From the IMG/VR virus record IMGVR_UViG_3300031259_000038, positions 1 to 29,890 of that record: a stretch of 29,890 nt of DNA; one strand, written 5' to 3'. Both the position numbers and the translations under genes were made by a program. Of this stretch, positions 25,420 through 29,890 are shown piece by piece. Below the pieces are notes generated by a model. That model was not told the origin of the DNA. It searched no databases and saw only the letters and a list, made by a program, of their open reading frames with translations. Numbering within the stretch: position 1 is the first letter of the stretch; every line of letters begins with the position of its first letter. This DNA is from a virus (taxonomy: Duplodnaviria; Caudoviricetes).

Positions 25420-25635
25420 TCCGTATGCAACAGAATCGTTGCGGTCGCCCATGGGTTAGTGCCCATAAGCGACCGCAAGGGTCCTGTATCCGCCCACCTG
25501 ATGTCAGTGGGCCTTAGGTCCCGGGCTTGCACGGAACTAACGCCTAGCGCGTTTTGCGCGGCGCCCTTGGCCGGGCTGGCGGCGGGACGTTGCCCCGTTG
25601 AAACCTGTCTAAGCCGTGAACCGGTAACAAACAAT
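25420..25635 (-). ncRNA. Candidate structured RNA/5' leader
   Basis: Successive hairpins: 25439-25478 (10-bp plus 5-bp stems), 25492-25512, 25518-25537 (T-loop-like UGCAA), about 25548-25560. No convincing gene. Confidence 0.4.
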
Positions 25636-25689
25636 TAAAATCTTTCTCCGTGCGGATTATTTCTTTCACTCCGTTTGGCATGGGTCTTG

Positions 25690-25881
25690 CTACGTGTGCG
25701 CGGGTGCGCCGCGCCGCCGGTGCAGTTGGCTGGCGCGGCTGGCGCATGGGCGGGCGGTAATCCAGGCTGGTTGCCGGGCATTCTCTAAAACGAATTCTAA
25801 GTCGGCTTGTAGAGAAAAGCGGAGTCCCAAGCTACCCTTATCAGGACGGATCTCGTAAACTCCGCCATTCGCGTTTGGCAT
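25690..25881 (-). CDS. Small hypothetical protein
   Basis: ATG 25881 (MPNANGG) with AAGG upstream, just after the stop of the previous gene. Confidence 0.4.
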   Translation of the reverse strand: MPNANGGVYEIRPDKGSLGLRFSLQADLEFVLENARQPAWITARPCASRASQLHRRRGAPAHT

Positions 25882-25894
25882 GAACCTTGCTAAG

Positions 25895-26392
25895 TCATTG
25901 TGGCCGCGAGCGCGCGCCGCGCGTAGCAATAAGCGTGCCAGTTTTCGTCTCCTCTGCCTGTTTTTCTTTGGCTGGTCTGCCGCGCTTAACGTACTGGTCC
26001 GCACCCAGTGCCTCTCGTTGCACGGTTATGATCACCTCGTTGCCATTGCTGTCGGTCAATCGCTTTGTCCACTGCCCGCCACCTTGGCTTAGCTGGACAG
26101 TGAACGACTTGTATTGCAAGGCGCGCCCATTGGCAGGGTTCTGGTCATACAGTTCTACGACTTCCGTATAGGCGGCGAGCGCGCCGACCACTTCCCACGA
26201 GCCTTGTCCGCCTATGCTGATTGTAAATCGCCGACTAGGCGCTGGTCCGGGCTTGGCGGTTGCACCTGCCTGGAGGGCCGTGATTTCCGCCACGAAATAG
26301 GCGCAAGTGGCCTGATCTTTAGGGTAATCGCCCTCAAAGAATGCCTTGAGTTCACGGAACAATCTGGCGGTTTCTGCTGGACTCTTAATCAT
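25895..26392 (-). CDS. Hypothetical protein, first gene of the leftward (early) arm
   Basis: AAAGGA RBS; 165 aa; downstream of the AT-rich promoter region. Confidence 0.65.
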   Translation of the reverse strand: MIKSPAETARLFRELKAFFEGDYPKDQATCAYFVAEITALQAGATAKPGPAPSRRFTISIGGQGSWEVVGALAAYTEVVELYDQNPANGRALQYKSFTVQLSQGGGQWTKRLTDSNGNEVIITVQREALGADQYVKRGRPAKEKQAEETKTGTLIATRGARSRPQ

Positions 26393-27142
26393 TTCACTAT
26401 CCTTTACGTAAGGTGTCTAGGCATCTGTTACTCCAAAACCCCGAGTATTTGAGCCGGATTACAGTTTAACAGCCAATTGCCATTATACCCCCCCTTTAAC
26501 TACAATAATACCTATTATATTTACCTTTTAATTGACCTCAACCCTAAGAAAGGTAAATAAGTGTTAAGTGTTAATTAATCACTCAAATGCTCCGGTTTTC
26601 CGGATTGAATAGAGTTAACACTTCCCATGAGTTGAAACGTAACCGTAAATTGCTAGGGTTCTCCGGTACTTAGCCCATCTCACGCGGCCCATTTTGCGCC
26701 TCATCTGGTCAAGTCTTAACTATCTTGTTATAGGTGCGCCATGAGAACAGCGGAGAAGCCTAGACTCAAATGACACGACGCACTGAGCCACGGAGAAGCC
26801 GAGCAGAGTAAACGCCTGAGCATCTCAGCGACTCAGGCAATACGATTTCCGTATTAGTTTGAATGAGTTAGTTGATTACTGAGTTTGGTTAATCATCATG
26901 GTTAACAGAGATGATTAAGAGTCGTATTCGCACCATGGCGGGCTCTCTTCATGGCTCAGGGGCTCAGGTACTGGTGGGCGGGGGTAGGGTTGCGGCGCGC
27001 GGCTGCGCTTTATGATAGGGGTACCTACGATTAGCGCTCGAGGTGAATTTCTATGTAGGACTTTCTAGCCGGAGCACCGGAGAAGGCTAGGCTTAGGGGA
27101 GCACCGGAGAGTCTTCGTAATCTTACAGGGCGGAGAAGCATA
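26393..27142. promoter_or_regulatory. AT-rich divergent control region (promoters, possible origin/packaging site)
   Basis: 750 nt non-coding between divergent arms. Minus-strand TTGAGG-N16-TATAAT (26541-26514) and GGGTATAAT (26490-26482); inverted repeats 26518-26559 and 26889-26918. Confidence 0.75.
26653..27110. repeat. Dispersed 13-nt repeat CGGAGAASSC(T/G)AG and GGAGCACCGGAGA direct repeat
   Basis: Copies at 26653-26665 (-), 26751, 26791 and 27078 (+); GGAGCACCGGAGA at 27071 and 27098. Confidence 0.7.
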
Positions 27143-27697
27143 GTGGCACGCGCAGTAAAGAACTTCATTACCAAGGCAGAGCGGGAAGCCGACGAGGCGA
27201 GGCGACTAGCCCGCAAAGAGTCGCGCGCACGCCGCCGCCACGAAAAGCGCACGCTCGCCATGGCCAGTCAGGCCGCCGAAGGTACCACGGACTTCGAGAA
27301 GCTGGTAGAAGTCGAAAAAGAGCGCCTCGGCATCGAGGAATCCAAGAAGGCAGCAGGGGGCCGCGCGAGCCCGAGAGTCACGGTCACTGCTCGTGACAAT
27401 CTCGCCAAAGCATTCGACCTTATGGGCGGCGTGCCCGCGCTGGTGGTCTGGGGCCGCGCGAACCCCACGGAGTTCTATCGACTGTGGGCGCGGCTGGTTC
27501 CCAAGGAAAGCGTGGAGGCTTCGGTCTCGCTTCCTCTGGAGACTCTTCTGCAGAAGCTTTCGGAAGAAGGGAGCGCCGGGCACTCGGTTATGGATGCCGC
27601 CGCACAGGTCGGGCATGATCTGCTTGAGTATGGGCGCCACGAGGCGATGTTGATTGACCTGGATGCCCGCGTGGTTACTGACGAAGGAGACGAGTGA
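27143..27697 (+). CDS. terS: Terminase small subunit (probable)
   Basis: GTG start with GGAG RBS; basic N-terminus; AFDLMGGV.AL..WG..NP.EFY.LW..L.P; first gene of the arm containing terL. Confidence 0.6.
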   Translation: MARAVKNFITKAEREADEARRLARKESRARRRHEKRTLAMASQAAEGTTDFEKLVEVEKERLGIEESKKAAGGRASPRVTVTARDNLAKAFDLMGGVPALVVWGRANPTEFYRLWARLVPKESVEASVSLPLETLLQKLSEEGSAGHSVMDAAAQVGHDLLEYGRHEAMLIDLDARVVTDEGDE

Positions 27698-27852
27698 TGG
27701 GCAAGTACGCAAACTCAATGAATGACCCGCAGTCGGGTGTCAGCCCGCTGATGCGGAAGAAGAAGCCCATGAAGGGCGTTAACCCCGCCGCGCCGCCCAC
27801 CAACTCGTCAGCCAAGGGCGCAGCCATGGCGCAGTCACCGGAGTACCAGTAA
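27697..27852 (+). CDS. Small hypothetical protein (51 aa; not in ORF track)
   Basis: TGATG and TAATG couplings on both sides; AAGGAG RBS; MGKYANSMNDPQ...QSPEYQ. Confidence 0.6.
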   Translation: MGKYANSMNDPQSGVSPLMRKKKPMKGVNPAAPPTNSSAKGAAMAQSPEYQ

Positions 27853-28130
27853 TGGGGGACTTCATGAATACACTCAACCAGATAGGGTCCACGGTCAACG
27901 GCTGGCGGCAGGACGTGCGCTCCGGTATTCAGAATGCTCTGGGTCCGAAGCCGATGAATCCTCTGGCGTCCGGGTCTCAGCTCCAGGGACAGCAGGGCGG
28001 CGCGCCGGGCCTTCAGCAAATGATTCCCACCACGGTCGGGCCGGATACAGGGTCGTATCTTGTGAGCAAATACTTCGGGGGCGGTGGGCAGCAGGGCCAA
28101 GGCTCTGGGCAGCCGAGTTACGGACCGTGA
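27852..28130 (+). CDS. Gly/Gln-rich hypothetical protein
   Basis: GGAG RBS; coupled to terL by GTGA. Confidence 0.6.
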   Translation: MGDFMNTLNQIGSTVNGWRQDVRSGIQNALGPKPMNPLASGSQLQGQQGGAPGLQQMIPTTVGPDTGSYLVSKYFGGGGQQGQGSGQPSYGP

Positions 28131-29707
28131 CTGAGGCGGAGCAGCTGAGATTTCTGGCGGAACTTCGCGGAGACCTATCGAAGTACGCGCCCGCGTGCCT
28201 GAAGATCAAGGGCAAGGATGGGAAGCTGCTCCCATTCGCCTTTAACCACGCGCAGATCCAGCTTCACGCGGCCTTGGAGAAGCAAAAGCGCGAGACGGGC
28301 AAGGTGCGTGCGCTCATACTAAAGGCGCGCCAGCAGGGCTTCTCCACTTACGTCGGTGGTCGGTTCTATCATAGGTCGAGTTTGAACCACGGCGTCGGCG
28401 TCTTTATTCTGACGCACGAGCAGTCTGCCACCGACAACCTCTTTGGCATGGTTGTTCGCTACCACGACCACACGCCATTGAAGCCCCATACCGGCGCGGC
28501 CAACGCGAAGGAACTCCTCTTTGACAAACTCGACTCAGGGTACGTCGTTGCCACCGCTGGTCAGAAAGCTGTGGGCCGGTCGCGCACTATTCAGCTTTTT
28601 CACGGGTCTGAGGTCGCTTTCTGGCCTAATGCGGCAGACCACTTTGCGTCATCGATCCAGGCGATCCCAGATCTGCCCGGCACCGAAATCATCCTCGAGT
28701 CTACCGCCAACGGAATAACCGGAGAGTTCTATGAGCGGTGGCAGCAGGCTGAAGCTGGCATCGGTGACTTCATTGCTTTCTTTTCGCCTTGGTTCTGGGA
28801 AAAGGGCTATCGGCGGCGCGTGCCGGAGAAGTTTGTCCTTCGCCATGAGAAAATGGCCGGTGAGGATATCAGCGAGTGGGAGTATGCGCAGCTTCATGGT
28901 CTCGACATGGAGCAGATGGCGTGGCGCCGCGCAAAGATGGCTGAGCTCAAGGACCCCATGCTCTTCAAGCAGGAGTACCCTGCTACTGCGGACGAAGCTT
29001 TTCAGGCCACAGGACACGATAGCTTCATTAAGAGTTACCTCGTTCTGCGTGCGCGCAAGTTCGATATCCCTGAGCCTATCGGTCCGCTGGTCATTGGTGT
29101 TGACCCCGCTCGCTTTGGTGATGACCTGTTCGCCATCGTCTGGCGGCGAGGCCGCGCAGTTCTCAAGAAGGAAACCATCGATAAAATCGATACTGTTCAG
29201 GCTGCGAATAGGCTGAAGCAGATTATCGATCAGGACGACCCAGCGCGCATGTTCATCGACACCGGCGGCCTTGGCGCTGGCGTGTATGACTTGGTCAAGT
29301 CGTTTGGCGCCAAGTATGATGACTGCGTGGTCGGCGTCAACTTCGGCGGGGAGCCACAGGAACCTGACATTCGGCTCGAAAATGGCGAACTGGCGCCCGG
29401 CCCCAAGAACCGCCGCGCTGAAATGTGGATGCGCTCACGTGATTGGCTTCAAGATCCTGTGGGCGTGTCGCTGCCGGATGACTCGATGTTCCAGTCCGAC
29501 GCGGTCGGCCCGTCTTACCGCTATGACAGTGCGCAGCGTATCGTACTTGAGTCGAAAGAGTCAATGCGCAAGCGAGGCGTGCGGTCTCCAGACGTCTGGG
29601 ACGCCGTGGCACTCACGTTTGCTGAGCCGGTTTATGAGAAGCAGGAGCGCCGCGCCAAGCAGAAACCACGGTCCTCGGGCCGCGCAACAGGATGGATGGG
29701 ATCATGA
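28127..29707 (+). CDS. terL: Terminase large subunit
   Basis: N.AQ, LKARQQGFST (Walker A), FHGSE (Walker B), ILESTA (coupling motif), FKQEYP, RNase H-like GVDPA..G.D, IDTGG.G.G, SPD.WDA. Confidence 0.93.
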   Translation: MTEAEQLRFLAELRGDLSKYAPACLKIKGKDGKLLPFAFNHAQIQLHAALEKQKRETGKVRALILKARQQGFSTYVGGRFYHRSSLNHGVGVFILTHEQSATDNLFGMVVRYHDHTPLKPHTGAANAKELLFDKLDSGYVVATAGQKAVGRSRTIQLFHGSEVAFWPNAADHFASSIQAIPDLPGTEIILESTANGITGEFYERWQQAEAGIGDFIAFFSPWFWEKGYRRRVPEKFVLRHEKMAGEDISEWEYAQLHGLDMEQMAWRRAKMAELKDPMLFKQEYPATADEAFQATGHDSFIKSYLVLRARKFDIPEPIGPLVIGVDPARFGDDLFAIVWRRGRAVLKKETIDKIDTVQAANRLKQIIDQDDPARMFIDTGGLGAGVYDLVKSFGAKYDDCVVGVNFGGEPQEPDIRLENGELAPGPKNRRAEMWMRSRDWLQDPVGVSLPDDSMFQSDAVGPSYRYDSAQRIVLESKESMRKRGVRSPDVWDAVALTFAEPVYEKQERRAKQKPRSSGRATGWMGS

Positions 29708-29880
29708 CCGCGCCAACACGTAGAATTGACAAGCTGATTCAGCGACTGCAGTCGCGAACCAAGGCCGATGGGACGCCACTGCCCGGCTATACCCAGAATG
29801 TTGCGCAAATTCGCGCGGAAATCGAACAACTGACTCGCGCTGACGAGATCGTGGAGAAGAGCAATGGCAAGAAAGCCTAA
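29704..29880 (+). CDS. Small hypothetical protein
   Basis: ATGA coupling to terL; 58 aa. Confidence 0.55.
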   Translation: MTAPTRRIDKLIQRLQSRTKADGTPLPGYTQNVAQIRAEIEQLTRADEIVEKSNGKKA

Positions 29881-29890
29881 TTCAACCAAG
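29864..29890 (+). CDS. Start of next gene (possibly portal), truncated
   Basis: GGAG RBS followed by ATG-MARKPNSTK running off the window. Identity is positional only. Confidence 0.3.

Noticed and set aside
25420-25635. Firm call as hammerhead, twister, twister-sister ribozyme or c-di-GMP riboswitch
   Set aside because: Only partial motif resemblance; required conserved strands were not found by eye, so it is kept as an unassigned candidate.
26393-27142. CRISPR mini-array or tRNA in the non-coding region
   Set aside because: Repeats are only 13 nt, irregularly spaced and in mixed orientation; no cloverleaf found.
1-29890. Prophage boundaries or host genes
   Set aside because: No integrase, att-like junction, repressor or bacterial housekeeping genes. 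All recognisable genes fit one phage genome.

Overview
The window is about 30 kb of a GC-rich, apparently lytic dsDNA phage (Caudoviricetes). No integrase, repressor, RNA polymerase, tRNA or CRISPR array is recognisable. Layout: (+) end of the virion module, with two podovirus-style ejection proteins (one carrying a lytic transglycosylase domain), then a lysis cassette (holin candidate, GH73 endolysin, overlapping Rz/Rz1 spanins, second membrane protein) at 1-5520. (-) A complete early/replication arm at 26392->5510: small early genes, MoxR-type AAA+ ATPase with vWA-like partner, DenV-like glycosylase, primase-helicase, J-domain protein, ATP-dependent ligase, SSB-like protein, family A polymerase, Cas4-like and DEDD nucleases, VRR-NUC, SNF2 helicase and a terminal 5-hydroxymethyluracil (hmdU) cassette. 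An AT-rich divergent control region lies at 26393-27142, followed by (+) terS, two small genes, terL and the start of the next gene. The best candidate for a new system is the thymidine-modification cassette (P-loop kinase, aGPT-Pplase1/5hmdU-DNA-kinase helical protein, dUMP hydroxymethylase, HD hydrolase, DUF3310). It lacks the amino acid:DNA transferase and tailoring enzymes of characterised M6/ViI-type pathways and sits in a podovirus-like genome. Also notable: two or three paralogous basic proteins (one with a nested internal start), a structured RNA leader with a T-loop hairpin, a shared promoter motif, and repeats upstream of terS. All functional calls come from motif recognition by eye; no database searches were run.
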